Positions 17,607 to 27,526 of a DNA stretch of 64,000 nt are shown one piece after another (position 1 is the first letter of the stretch; each line of letters begins with the position of its first letter). The notes beneath the pieces were generated by a model, which saw only the letters and a list, made by a program, of their open reading frames with translations, did no database searches and was not told where the DNA came from. Made by a program: the position numbers and the translations under genes. The stretch spans positions 212,368 through 276,367 of the forward strand of contig CP066688.1 of NCBI GenBank assembly GCA_016432425.1, read 5' to 3'. The stretch comes from Candidatus Daviesbacteria bacterium. Lineage in GTDB: Bacteria; Patescibacteriota; Microgenomatia; Daviesbacterales; UBA10151.

Positions 17607-19016
17607 TTATAAAATTGACAATGCCTTTTGCAATCTTGCGACACTTTCCTGATCTCCCAGAATTTGCATTGATTCAAAAAGCGGCGGGCTGACTGTTTGG
17701 CCGGAAATCCCTACTCTAAGTAGTTGAAAAGTTTCGGTCACAGACAAACCTTCTTCTTCGGCAAATTTTCTAAAAGCTTCTTCAAAAACCTCCTTTTGCC
17801 AGGGGCGAGGAAGTTTTTCCATCACCTCGACAATTTTTTCCATAATTTGCCTTAAATTTTCTTTTTTGTAAATCCCTTGGAAAACTGATTTTTCATATTC
17901 CGGCTCAGTAAATAAAAAGTTGGTTAAGGGCACAAAATCAGATAATTTTTTGATGCGGTCTTTAATCAAAGGAACTACTTCAGCAATTTTCTCCCTAATT
18001 GGATGGTCCGGTAAAAATTCCTGTAACCTTTGGGTTAACTCTTCATCAGACATGGACCGGATATATTGCCCATTAATCCAATCCAGTTTTTGTTGGTTCC
18101 AAGCTGCTGCTCCCACATTCATGTTTTTAATTTCAAATAATTGAATTAGTTCTTCTTTTGATAAAATCTCCCTGTCTCCTGGCGGGGTCCAACCCAATAA
18201 GGCTAAATAATTGATGATTGCCTCTGGTAAAAAACCGTCTGCCCGATAATCTGACAGTGCGGTAGAGCCAGTTCTTTTAGACAGTTTGCCACTGCGATCC
18301 TGATTTAAAATCATCGGATAATGACCATATTGCGGGGGAGGCGTATTAAAAGCCTCAAACAGTAAAATTTGTCTAGGGGTATTAGAAATATGATCATCTC
18401 CCCGCAAAACATGAGTAATTTTCATATCCAAATCATCTACCACCACTACAAAGTTATAAAGAGGAATACCATTTTTGCGCATTATGACCATATCGCCCAG
18501 CAACTGAGAATCAAATTCTATTTCTCCATGTATTAAATCGCTAAATTTTACTTTACCCCGCTCTACTGGCAACTTAAAACGGATTACAAAATCTACTCCG
18601 GAAGATAATTTTTGTTCAATTTCTTCTTTTGGCAAATTGCGACATTTACCGGAATAAATTTGAGACTGATCTGCAGCAGCTTGTTTTTTTCTTTCTTCCT
18701 CCAGCTCTCTCATAGAGCAAAAACAATAATAAGCTTTATTCTCTTTAATTAACTCTTCTGCTTTCTCTTTATATAAGCTCAACCGCTCCATCTGGTAGAA
18801 GGGACCACCGTCCCACTTTAGTCCCAACCACACCAGTCCATCAATAATATTTTCGGCAAATTCTTTAGTGGAACGCTCCGTGTCAGTATCTTCAATCCGC
18901 AAAATAAAAGTGCCTTGATTTTTTTTGGCAAAAAGATAAGGCCAAAGGGCGGCATAAGCAGTCCCCAAATGTAACTTTCCAGTCGGAGAAGGCGCCATTC
19001 TGGTTCGTATTTCCAT
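17607..19016 (-). CDS. gltX: Glutamate--tRNA ligase
   Basis: RMAPSPTGKLHLG (HIGH-like), RIEDTD, KLSKR. Confidence 0.97.
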   Translation of the reverse strand: MEIRTRMAPSPTGKLHLGTAYAALWPYLFAKKNQGTFILRIEDTDTERSTKEFAENIIDGLVWLGLKWDGGPFYQMERLSLYKEKAEELIKENKAYYCFCSMRELEEERKKQAAADQSQIYSGKCRNLPKEEIEQKLSSGVDFVIRFKLPVERGKVKFSDLIHGEIEFDSQLLGDMVIMRKNGIPLYNFVVVVDDLDMKITHVLRGDDHISNTPRQILLFEAFNTPPPQYGHYPMILNQDRSGKLSKRTGSTALSDYRADGFLPEAIINYLALLGWTPPGDREILSKEELIQLFEIKNMNVGAAAWNQQKLDWINGQYIRSMSDEELTQRLQEFLPDHPIREKIAEVVPLIKDRIKKLSDFVPLTNFLFTEPEYEKSVFQGIYKKENLRQIMEKIVEVMEKLPRPWQKEVFEEAFRKFAEEEGLSVTETFQLLRVGISGQTVSPPLFESMQILGDQESVARLQKALSIL

Positions 19017-19062
19017 ACGACATAATTATATCAATTACCGCCTATCATTGTATAATTAACTT

Positions 19063-20085
19063 ATGACATTAACCCAAGCTGCTTCTTTAACCAGAAAGTT
19101 AATTCTTCTGTTAATAATTTTTTTAATTTTGGGCACTACTGGTTTAGTGGGGTACAAAATCTGGTTATCAGTCAATAATAAAACTGGAAGTGCAGAAATG
19201 ATCCCCGACACCAAATTTGGGATTCTTCCCCCTTTGAATTTACCCAGCAGTATTACTTCATCTGCCACTGTTTCATATCAACTAAATATGGGTTCATCTG
19301 GTCTGCCCACCTTTAACAAGGTAGCTAAAGTTTATTTTATCCCCCAACCTACTGCCATCTTAACTAATGAAAAAATTGCTGATTTGGCTCAAAAGCTTAA
19401 TTTTAATACCGAGTCACAAATTCAAAACAACCAATATATTTTTACAGAAGATTCTAAAAAATTAACTATCGATAGCAATTTAGGTAGTTTGTTGTACCAA
19501 AAAGAAGCCAGTACTTCTGCTAAAAGTCCAGTGGTAGACAGTGACACGAAACTCTCAGAAGATGCAAAAGATTTTTTAAATAATTTAGGTTTGTTAAACG
19601 AAGATTTTAAAAAGGGCCGGACTAAAATAACTTATTTAAATTTTAATGGTAATAATGTAGAAACTACCGCTGTCTCCAATGCCAATGGAGCCGAGATTTC
19701 TCTCTGGAGGCAAGATATTGACAATTTACCAATTATAACAGAGGGCTTTAAACAGTCTTTGTTTTTTGTTAGAGTTACTAAATCTGCCCGGGACTTGGAT
19801 AATTATCTAACTATTAATTATCTTTATTATCCCATCGATAAAACTACTTTTTCTATCTATCCTTTAAAAACTGCCAATGAGGCTTACGCTGCTCTACAAG
19901 GCGGCCAGGGAGTAATTTTACTGCCCAATAATAAATCTTCAGTCACTCTTACTTCTGCATATTTAGCTTATTTCCAATCCAGTATCTATAGTCCTTATTT
20001 GCAACCGGTTTATATTTTTGAGGGAGAAAATTTTGTGGCCATGATCCCAGCAGTCATTAATCAGTATCTTAGTCAACCCAAGTGA
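19063..20085 (+). CDS. Hypothetical membrane-anchored protein
   Basis: 340-aa ORF with N-terminal TM, TATAAT 6 nt upstream, C-terminal YLQPVYIFEG. Confidence 0.8.
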   Translation: MTLTQAASLTRKLILLLIIFLILGTTGLVGYKIWLSVNNKTGSAEMIPDTKFGILPPLNLPSSITSSATVSYQLNMGSSGLPTFNKVAKVYFIPQPTAILTNEKIADLAQKLNFNTESQIQNNQYIFTEDSKKLTIDSNLGSLLYQKEASTSAKSPVVDSDTKLSEDAKDFLNNLGLLNEDFKKGRTKITYLNFNGNNVETTAVSNANGAEISLWRQDIDNLPIITEGFKQSLFFVRVTKSARDLDNYLTINYLYYPIDKTTFSIYPLKTANEAYAALQGGQGVILLPNNKSSVTLTSAYLAYFQSSIYSPYLQPVYIFEGENFVAMIPAVINQYLSQPK

Positions 20086-20986
20086 AATTATTGTAGGCCC
20101 AATTAATTAATTTTGTAGTTTCAGCAAAGCGATCATTAGAACCCAAGAGTACAAATAGTACCCGATGACCATTTCTTTCCACTAAAGTGACCAAATTTTC
20201 TTTAGCCAAATCAGTGGTACCGGTTTTGATTCCCAATACCCCGCTGACAGAAGAAAGTAATTTATTTAAATTCACTAAACGATGGTCATATTTTTTATCC
20301 AAAGATAGAATATTTGTTTCTTTGGTGGCAAAAACTCTGGTTAAATTTGCTCTCTTTAAAGCTTCTTCTGAAATGATAGCCATATTAGCGGCAGAAGAAA
20401 AATGATTTTTACTGTCAAAACCAGCCGGGTTATCAAAATGGGTATTTTTTAACCCCAGATTGGCGACTTCCTGATTCATGGCCCCTACAAAAGCTGACAG
20501 CCCCCCAGGGAAATTATTAGCAATAGTATAAGCTGCATCATTACCGGAATTTAAAAGCATGCCATAAAGGAGTGACCTAAAACTTAAACTCTCACCTAAA
20601 TTTAAACCTACGCTTGATCCACTCATTAGTGAGTTTTTGGAAACTGTTAAAATATCGTTTTGCTTAAAATATTTTTCTGCCACCAAAGCCGTCATAATCT
20701 TGGTGGTAGAGGCAATGGGTAAAGATAAATTGGCATCTTTTTGCAAAAGAATTGTGCCGGTAGCCAAATCTTTAACAAGTAGGGCTTTGGCAGAAACTAA
20801 AGGTGCTGCTGCTCCGCTAGAAAGCGGGGGAATATTATATTTTTGCACTCCGGCAATTTGAGAGGAATTAGAAGGAATTTCCTTAAGACTTAAAAAATCT
20901 TGAGAAAAATCCAACCAAGTTGGCAAAAAAATAGGTATACCAATACCAATTATTAATAACAAAAAAGAAATGGCAGCAGATTTCAC
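20069..20986 (-). CDS. D-alanyl-D-alanine carboxypeptidase (peptidase S11)
   Basis: STTK, SGN, KTG catalytic motifs. Confidence 0.93.
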   Translation of the reverse strand: MKSAAISFLLLIIGIGIPIFLPTWLDFSQDFLSLKEIPSNSSQIAGVQKYNIPPLSSGAAAPLVSAKALLVKDLATGTILLQKDANLSLPIASTTKIMTALVAEKYFKQNDILTVSKNSLMSGSSVGLNLGESLSFRSLLYGMLLNSGNDAAYTIANNFPGGLSAFVGAMNQEVANLGLKNTHFDNPAGFDSKNHFSSAANMAIISEEALKRANLTRVFATKETNILSLDKKYDHRLVNLNKLLSSVSGVLGIKTGTTDLAKENLVTLVERNGHRVLFVLLGSNDRFAETTKLINWAYNNFTWVD

Positions 20987-22309
20987 TTATGTTTTAGATA
21001 ATCTAATATCAATTCTTTCCATATCTCTTGGGAAAAGTGACGCTTCTCTAATATTGGCTAGTCCTAAAATTTGCATGGTCATCCTTTCCAGCCCAAAAGA
21101 AAATCCGCCGTGGGATGGCATCCCAAACTTAAAAGCTTGCAAATACATTTCAAAGTTTTTAGGATCCATTCCCCTCTCTTTCATTACCTCTTCTAATTTT
21201 CCTAAATCATGAATTCGCTGAGAACCGCTTAAAATCTCTACTCCTTTAAAAAGCAAGTCATAACTTAAAGAATATTCTGGGTTCTGTGGGTCAGGCATGG
21301 AATAAAAAGCTCGTTTCTTAGTAGGATAATGGGTAATAGTTACAAAGTCACTGTTTTTTTCTTCCAGGGCCCAACGGCAAATTTCTCGCTCATCTTCGGG
21401 AGATAAATCTGGTTCATTGCTTTCTCTACCAGTCCGCTCCCTAATAATTTCTTGAGCTTCCCTCATCTTTAAGCGAGGAATTTCCGGATTTATTTTTGGC
21501 TGATCTACCCCAAACTCTTCTAAAATATCCGGATAAGTTTTGACTACATACTCAACTACCGCTCTACCCACCAACTCTAAAGCATCTAATAAATCTTCGA
21601 ATTCCATAAATCCCAGCTCGCAATCCATTTGAATACTTTCTGATAAATGTCTGGTAGTAATAGATGGCTCCGACCGATATGCATGAGAAATTAAATAGAC
21701 TCTCTCAAAAGCTCCCACCGCAATTTGTTTATAAATCTGAGGACTCTGGACTAAAAACGCTTCGTGTTCATAATATTTAACTTTAAAAACTTCTGCCCCA
21801 CCTTCAGTAGAAGAATAAGAAATAGTGGGGGTAAAAATTTCTGTACAATCTAACTTTTGAGCCGCTCTCTTAAATCCTTCTACCACCATCTCTTGAACTT
21901 TAAAAATCTTTTTGATTTTGGGATGACGCAAGGTTAAGGCACGAAAATCTAGTAGTGTAGGCAGTTGTAGGTCTAAATCTTTACCACCCATATCAAAAGG
22001 CAACTCCTGGGCTTTTGATAAAATTTCCAAACTTTGAACAGCTAGCTCAATTTCTCCTGTTGGCAAATTTTTATTTATCAGATTTTCCGGTCTTTTATTT
22101 ACCATACCAGTAACACAAATTGCATCCTGGGCACCTGGGAGGTGATCTAGGTTGACACCTGGGGAGATTACTACCTGTACTGTCCCCGATCTATCTAAAA
22201 TGTCCAAAAAGATAATTTTTCCATGATCACGTCTAACTTGAACAAAACCATAAACTGTAACCGATTGTCCTACTTTCTCTGGTAAAGTATTAATTAAGTC
22301 CCTTTGCAT
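20987..22309 (-). CDS. aspS: Aspartate--tRNA(Asp/Asn) ligase, archaeal/non-discriminating type
   Basis: OB domain, QSPQIYKQ, YRSE..RH, GGFSFGLER; ~440 aa without GAD domain; start at MQRD. Confidence 0.93.
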   Translation of the reverse strand: MQRDLINTLPEKVGQSVTVYGFVQVRRDHGKIIFLDILDRSGTVQVVISPGVNLDHLPGAQDAICVTGMVNKRPENLINKNLPTGEIELAVQSLEILSKAQELPFDMGGKDLDLQLPTLLDFRALTLRHPKIKKIFKVQEMVVEGFKRAAQKLDCTEIFTPTISYSSTEGGAEVFKVKYYEHEAFLVQSPQIYKQIAVGAFERVYLISHAYRSEPSITTRHLSESIQMDCELGFMEFEDLLDALELVGRAVVEYVVKTYPDILEEFGVDQPKINPEIPRLKMREAQEIIRERTGRESNEPDLSPEDEREICRWALEEKNSDFVTITHYPTKKRAFYSMPDPQNPEYSLSYDLLFKGVEILSGSQRIHDLGKLEEVMKERGMDPKNFEMYLQAFKFGMPSHGGFSFGLERMTMQILGLANIREASLFPRDMERIDIRLSKT

Positions 22310-22392
22310 GCTTGCATCATAACGTAAAGGAGAAGCAGTTGACAAGTGCGTGAGTGCGTAGCACACTCTTAGATATGAAAGAAGTAGAAAGC

Positions 22393-24003
22393 TTAAAGGT
22401 TAGCTTTAATATCCCTGACTTTTAGTTGGATTTTTTCGAAACCGTTGTAAGTATCAATATCTAAAACATAGGCTAAATCTACTAATCCTCCATTTTGCAA
22501 AATCCCTAATAAGTTTCCCTTATCAAAGGCAATGAAGTGAATTTTCCTTCCTTCGGAAGGAAAATCTATAATTATATTTCCTTTTAGATGTTTGCCATTG
22601 CCGACTGTTCGCAAATCCGACAATCTCATATTTTTAGTTGCCAAAATTGGTTTTTGGTTACCTACTCCAAAAGGCTCAAAGTCAGCTAATTTTTTTAATA
22701 ATGATAAATTTATTTTGCTACTTTCCAGCAATGCCTCTATTTCTAAAGTAGGTTCCTCTGAAACCCTCTCTCCATCCATCATTTTTTCAATTCTATTTTT
22801 AAACTCCGCTAAATTTTCACTCAGTATAGTAAAACCAGCTGCTCCGGTATGTCCCCCCACTGCCACCAACAGATCACTGGAACTTCTAATTAACTCCACA
22901 ATATTTAATCCATTAGCTGATCTGGCTGATCCTTTAGAATGAACTTCTCCCTCAGAAATGATAATGGCTGGTTTTCTGGTTTCTTCAACTATTCTTCCCG
23001 CCACCAAACCAATAATCCCCGGATTCCAACTTTTAGAAGAAAGTAAATAAATATTTTTTTCTTCTTTGATCAAAACTCGCGCTTCCTCCATTGTTTGTTG
23101 GGTTAAAACCTTCCTTTGCTCATTGGTGGCAGTGACTAAATCAACTAATTTGGCTGCTTTGTTAGGATCTTTGGTGCAAAGTAAACGCAGGGAATCAATG
23201 GCGTGCTCCAGCCGACCCATGGCATTTAGCTGAGGAGCGATCAAGTGGCCGATTTCATAGGCGCCGATTTGGCCCAAAGTTAATTTGCAGTTATGAATTA
23301 GTGTTTTTAAACCAATTCGCTCCGTTCGATTTAGAACTTTTAAACCCTCTTTGACTAAAGCCCGGTTAACTTCCAAAAGCGGCATCATGTCTGCTACTGT
23401 GGCAATCGCTACCAAATCCAGTAACTCTTTTGCTTTTACCTCTGACAATAAACTTCTCATTAAACACCAAGTTACAGCTGCTCCACACAGCTGTACTGAA
23501 TGAACTATGGCCAAAGCTTGTGGTAATTTTTTACCTTCTTTTTGATGATGATCCGTAATAATTAAATCCAACCCCAATTTCTTACAATACTCTGCCATCT
23601 CATATGAGACGATGCCCGTATCAGTAGTAATTACCAAACCAGCTCCCGTTTCTTTGGCAAAATCTAAACCAATGGGGGAGAGACCATAGCCTTCTTTTTC
23701 CCGGTGAGGAATGTAGGGCAAGACTTTGGCACCGAGAGAAGTCAACCCTAAATATAAAACTGCTGCTCCGCAAATTCCATCAACATCATAATCCCCGTAA
23801 GCAATAATTAATTCTTCATTTTTAATTGCCTGCTCAATTCTTTTTTTAGCCTCTTTGATTCCGGGAATCTTTAAATTTTTTTCAAAATCTTTAAGTTGCG
23901 GATGAAAAAAATCTTCAATTTGTTTTTTTGTTTTGAGACTTCTATTAATTAGCAACTGCTCGATTAAATCTTTTGACTTTTGAAGTTTAATTTTCCATTG
24001 CAT
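22393..24003 (-). CDS. recJ: Single-stranded-DNA exonuclease RecJ
   Basis: GDYDVDG, DHH, GGH, LADFEPFG. Confidence 0.96.
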   Translation of the reverse strand: MQWKIKLQKSKDLIEQLLINRSLKTKKQIEDFFHPQLKDFEKNLKIPGIKEAKKRIEQAIKNEELIIAYGDYDVDGICGAAVLYLGLTSLGAKVLPYIPHREKEGYGLSPIGLDFAKETGAGLVITTDTGIVSYEMAEYCKKLGLDLIITDHHQKEGKKLPQALAIVHSVQLCGAAVTWCLMRSLLSEVKAKELLDLVAIATVADMMPLLEVNRALVKEGLKVLNRTERIGLKTLIHNCKLTLGQIGAYEIGHLIAPQLNAMGRLEHAIDSLRLLCTKDPNKAAKLVDLVTATNEQRKVLTQQTMEEARVLIKEEKNIYLLSSKSWNPGIIGLVAGRIVEETRKPAIIISEGEVHSKGSARSANGLNIVELIRSSSDLLVAVGGHTGAAGFTILSENLAEFKNRIEKMMDGERVSEEPTLEIEALLESSKINLSLLKKLADFEPFGVGNQKPILATKNMRLSDLRTVGNGKHLKGNIIIDFPSEGRKIHFIAFDKGNLLGILQNGGLVDLAYVLDIDTYNGFEKIQLKVRDIKANL

Positions 24004-24081
24004 GTCTTGATAATTTTACTAAACGATAAGTAAATACGCAAAGCCGTTGCGGGCAAATAAGAACTAGCGTACAATTTGACC

Positions 24082-25428
24082 ATGTACAACTTACCAAAAG
24101 AGGTTCAAGAAATTTTAGATAAGTTTAAGACAGCCGGGTATGAAATTTATATTGTCGGCGGGGCAGTGCGTGATCTGTTAATGAAAAAAGATATCCACGA
24201 TTGGGATTTCACCACTGACGCTAAACCAGAGGAAGTTTTAAAGATTTTTCCAGAAGGATTCTACAACAATAAATTTGGTACAGTAGGAATTCCGGTAAAA
24301 AACACCTCCGAGGTAGATGTCTACGAAATTACTACCATGCGCAAAGAAGGTTTATATACTGATTTCCGCCATCCCAAAGATATTTCCTGGACTAATAAAA
24401 TTGAGGAGGATTTGAGTCGGCGTGATTTTACAGTTAATGCCATGGCCTTAGACTCGAAGGGAAATATTATTGATCCCTTTAATGGGCAAGAGGATCTCCA
24501 GAAAAAATTGATCCGGGCAGTGGGAGATCCAAACAAAAGATTCCAGGAAGATGCACTGAGGTTAATACGGGCCATAAGATTTGCTACCCAATTAAATTTT
24601 AAAATCGAAGAGGTAACAAAAAATGCGATCGCTCAAAATGTGGCTTTAATAAAAAATATTGCCTTTGAGAGAATTAAAGACGAGTTATTCAAAATTTTGG
24701 AGTTGGAAAATTCTTATCAAGGAATAATCTTGCTGAGAGAAGTCGGACTGCTGCAGCTTATTTTACTAGAGCTGGAAAAATGTTTTGGGATAATTCAGGT
24801 TGGTCCCAAACATGCCCGGGTTTATGATATTGGCGAGCATTCCCTGCTTACTTTAAAAAATACCCCCTCCCCTGACCCTCTAGTTAGGTTGGCTGCCCTT
24901 TTACATGATGTCGGCAAACCAGATACTGCTCAAACTCAAGGGGATGGCAATGTCACCTTTTATGGCCATGATGTAGTGGGGGGAAAAATAGTTTTAAAAA
25001 TTGCCAAAAGATTTAATTTAAGTAAAGCTCAAACTGAAAAACTTTACCGTTTAGTCCGCTGGCATATGTTTACGGTTTCCGAACACCAAACTGACTCTGC
25101 CATCAGAAGATTTATAAAAAATGTGGGTCTTAAAAATATAGATAATATGATGGCACTCCGTATTGGTGACAGATTGGGAGGTGGCACTCAAAGGGAAACA
25201 TCATGGAGAATGGAAAAGTTTAAGGAAAGAATTAAACAAGTTTTAATAAAACCTTTTTCTATTTCTGATTTAAAGGTTAATGGTAATGATGTAATGAAGG
25301 AGCTGGGTATCAAACCAGGCCCAAAGGTAGGTGAAATATTGCAAAAACTTTTTGAAGAGGTCTTAGAAGATGCTTCTAAAAATAACAGAGAATATCTTCT
25401 AAATAGAATTAAGCAATTTGCTCAGTGA
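24082..25428 (+). CDS. cca: CCA tRNA nucleotidyltransferase with HD domain
   Basis: VGGAVRD, DWD, RRDFTVNAM, EDALR, LLHDVGK. Confidence 0.92.
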   Translation: MYNLPKEVQEILDKFKTAGYEIYIVGGAVRDLLMKKDIHDWDFTTDAKPEEVLKIFPEGFYNNKFGTVGIPVKNTSEVDVYEITTMRKEGLYTDFRHPKDISWTNKIEEDLSRRDFTVNAMALDSKGNIIDPFNGQEDLQKKLIRAVGDPNKRFQEDALRLIRAIRFATQLNFKIEEVTKNAIAQNVALIKNIAFERIKDELFKILELENSYQGIILLREVGLLQLILLELEKCFGIIQVGPKHARVYDIGEHSLLTLKNTPSPDPLVRLAALLHDVGKPDTAQTQGDGNVTFYGHDVVGGKIVLKIAKRFNLSKAQTEKLYRLVRWHMFTVSEHQTDSAIRRFIKNVGLKNIDNMMALRIGDRLGGGTQRETSWRMEKFKERIKQVLIKPFSISDLKVNGNDVMKELGIKPGPKVGEILQKLFEEVLEDASKNNREYLLNRIKQFAQ

Positions 25429-26309
25429 CCTAAACGCTCTTCCCACCAGACAAGTAAAGCTGTGGCATTAAAGATAGAAGAATAAGTTCCGGAAATTACT
25501 CCCACCAGTAAGGCTACCACAAACCAGCGAAGAGTTTCTCCTCCAAAAAGCAGCAGGGCAGTCAATACAAAAACTACCGTTAAGGAAGTGTTTAAAGATC
25601 TCCCTAGTGTTTGCACGACAGAAATATTGGCTACCTCAGAAAATTTTCGGCCAATATTTTTTAACAGATTTTCCCGAATTCTATCAAACACTACAATGGT
25701 ATCATGAACCGAAAAACCAATAATGGTTAAAAGTGCCGTCACAAATAAAGTATCTACTTCCGCATTAAAAAATTTCCCCAAGATAGCAAAAATTCCCACT
25801 ACCACCAAAACATCATGCAAAAGCGCCACTACCGCAGCAGCTCCAAACCTCCAGGAAGAAGTTGTTTTGGGAACTTTCCTAAATGAATAAGCAATATAAA
25901 CTACAATGGTTAAACTGGCAATTAATACTGATAAAATGGCTTTCTTGGTTAGTTCTTGGCCAATAACCGGACCCACGCTTTCTACTCTTTTTTCTTCAAT
26001 CGGGCCATACTTCTCGCTTAAATCATTTTTCAGCTGGTTAATCTGGTTTTGCTCTAAAGGTTTGAGTTTAATTAAGTAAGTATTGTTGTCGCTTTGGGAA
26101 ATTTGCCCCAATTCTGCTCCCTGACCAATAATACTAACTTTAAGCTGTTCTACCTCTATCGGTTTTTGGAATTGGTATTCTAAAATGACTCCCCCGGTAA
26201 AATCAATTCCCAGCTTTAGTCCATCTTTAGCTAAAAAATAAACTCCCGGCAAAATCAGCAGAAACGATAACAAAAAATAAATTAATTTATACTTTAACAA
26301 ATCCATCAT
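25422..26309 (-). CDS. secF: Protein translocase subunit SecF
   Basis: LGIDFTGG, HD, GFSVHDTIVVFDRIRE, GTYSS. Confidence 0.96.
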   Translation of the reverse strand: MMDLLKYKLIYFLLSFLLILPGVYFLAKDGLKLGIDFTGGVILEYQFQKPIEVEQLKVSIIGQGAELGQISQSDNNTYLIKLKPLEQNQINQLKNDLSEKYGPIEEKRVESVGPVIGQELTKKAILSVLIASLTIVVYIAYSFRKVPKTTSSWRFGAAAVVALLHDVLVVVGIFAILGKFFNAEVDTLFVTALLTIIGFSVHDTIVVFDRIRENLLKNIGRKFSEVANISVVQTLGRSLNTSLTVVFVLTALLLFGGETLRWFVVALLVGVISGTYSSIFNATALLVWWEERLGH

Positions 26310-26635
26310 TTAACCTTCTTTGCTTCTTTGACTTCTTGGTGCATTTCTTTGACTAAATCATCCGCCACTTTTTTCACCCGCTCGTCAATACGATCTATTT
26401 TTTCATTTAAAAAATTGACCAATTTTTCATTTTCCGGATCTTCGTGTAGCATTTTCAAAAACAATTTTTTATCTTCCTCTGTTAAATTGGATAAAATTTC
26501 ATCTAAAATGGCATGGTGTAAGCTAGAATCTAACAGCTCGGACAAATGGGCTCTTTCTTCATCAGAAAGGTCCATTTGGTTAAGCTCTTGCAAAATGGGC
26601 TCAATAGTGATAATTTTTTGATACCAAATTTTCAT
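26306..26635 (-). CDS. Hypothetical acidic helical protein
   Basis: 109-aa ORF coupled to both neighbours by ATGA overlaps. Confidence 0.8.
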   Translation of the reverse strand: MKIWYQKIITIEPILQELNQMDLSDEERAHLSELLDSSLHHAILDEILSNLTEEDKKLFLKMLHEDPENEKLVNFLNEKIDRIDERVKKVADDLVKEMHQEVKEAKKVK

Positions 26636-27525
26636 AAGTTTTTTGCCCTCAGCGGCCCCAAAGGAATTTTATCATCCGGATCATCAATAAAAAAGTAAAG
26701 CACCGGACCTTTTCTTGGTCCTTTGGCCAACCCCACTGCCTCCATTACTTCCGGAGAGCCACCCAAATGTTTTCCCGTCCACTGGGCAGGACCGGCATCC
26801 CCGATCACTGTCACCACAGATTGGCCGGTTTTAGGGTTTACTAAAAGCATTTTTCTAAATTTAAAAAAATCCCGATACTCCGCTACTCGTTCAGCAAAAC
26901 CAGGACTTAAAAAAGTCTGAACTGCAATATAATATCTTTCCCGCGCCTCATCCCGATCAGTAAAATCTTGTTGGGAGTGAGCAAAATAACCCCAAGCTCC
27001 CAGCCCCGGAGCTATTCCTGAAGAACCATACATGGCCCAATCTTGTGAATTTTTGGCATGAGCTTCTAAGGTATCCCCGGGATAACGATAAAGATGTTGC
27101 TCTCCTCCAATTAAGCCATAAGAGCGATTTAATTTTTTGCCTTGCAGCTGCGCTAAAACTTGAAAGTCAAAGCTGTCGGATAAAATTTTCCCTATTTGAT
27201 CTTCTTCAATAGTTGTCAGAGGCCTCACATCAGCTGGCAGCGCTTCTTTTAATCTTTTAGCTAACAGTGTATTTTGATCTTCCTGGGCCACAATAGTAGC
27301 TGAATTTAAATATTGCTGATTGTTTAATGCAGTACTGGCAGGAGTAGTCAACAGCATTAACCCGCCCAAAGAACCAATAGCCAACTGTTTCCCCGGTACA
27401 TTTTTCCCCAACCAATTTAGAGCTTGCGAATGTTTATCCCACAGCTTATTTTGCAGAGAACGGTGGCGGGCAGTCCATTTATTTTTTAAATCCTGAAACT
27501 GGGGTTTTTTGCTGGAAAATTGCAT
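26632..27525 (-). CDS. Hypothetical protein, possible RlpA/DPBB-like C-terminus
   Basis: 297-aa ORF; NPKTGQSVVTVIGDAGP...LGGSPEVMEAVG resembles the DPBB V.V.DRGP...IDLS pattern. Confidence 0.65.
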   Translation of the reverse strand: MQFSSKKPQFQDLKNKWTARHRSLQNKLWDKHSQALNWLGKNVPGKQLAIGSLGGLMLLTTPASTALNNQQYLNSATIVAQEDQNTLLAKRLKEALPADVRPLTTIEEDQIGKILSDSFDFQVLAQLQGKKLNRSYGLIGGEQHLYRYPGDTLEAHAKNSQDWAMYGSSGIAPGLGAWGYFAHSQQDFTDRDEARERYYIAVQTFLSPGFAERVAEYRDFFKFRKMLLVNPKTGQSVVTVIGDAGPAQWTGKHLGGSPEVMEAVGLAKGPRKGPVLYFFIDDPDDKIPLGPLRAKNL

Positions 27526-27526
27526 A

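Noticed and set aside
22340-22372. Small hairpin upstream of aspS as a T-box
   Set aside because: No T-box consensus or space for stem I; the promoter lies downstream of it and appears leaderless.
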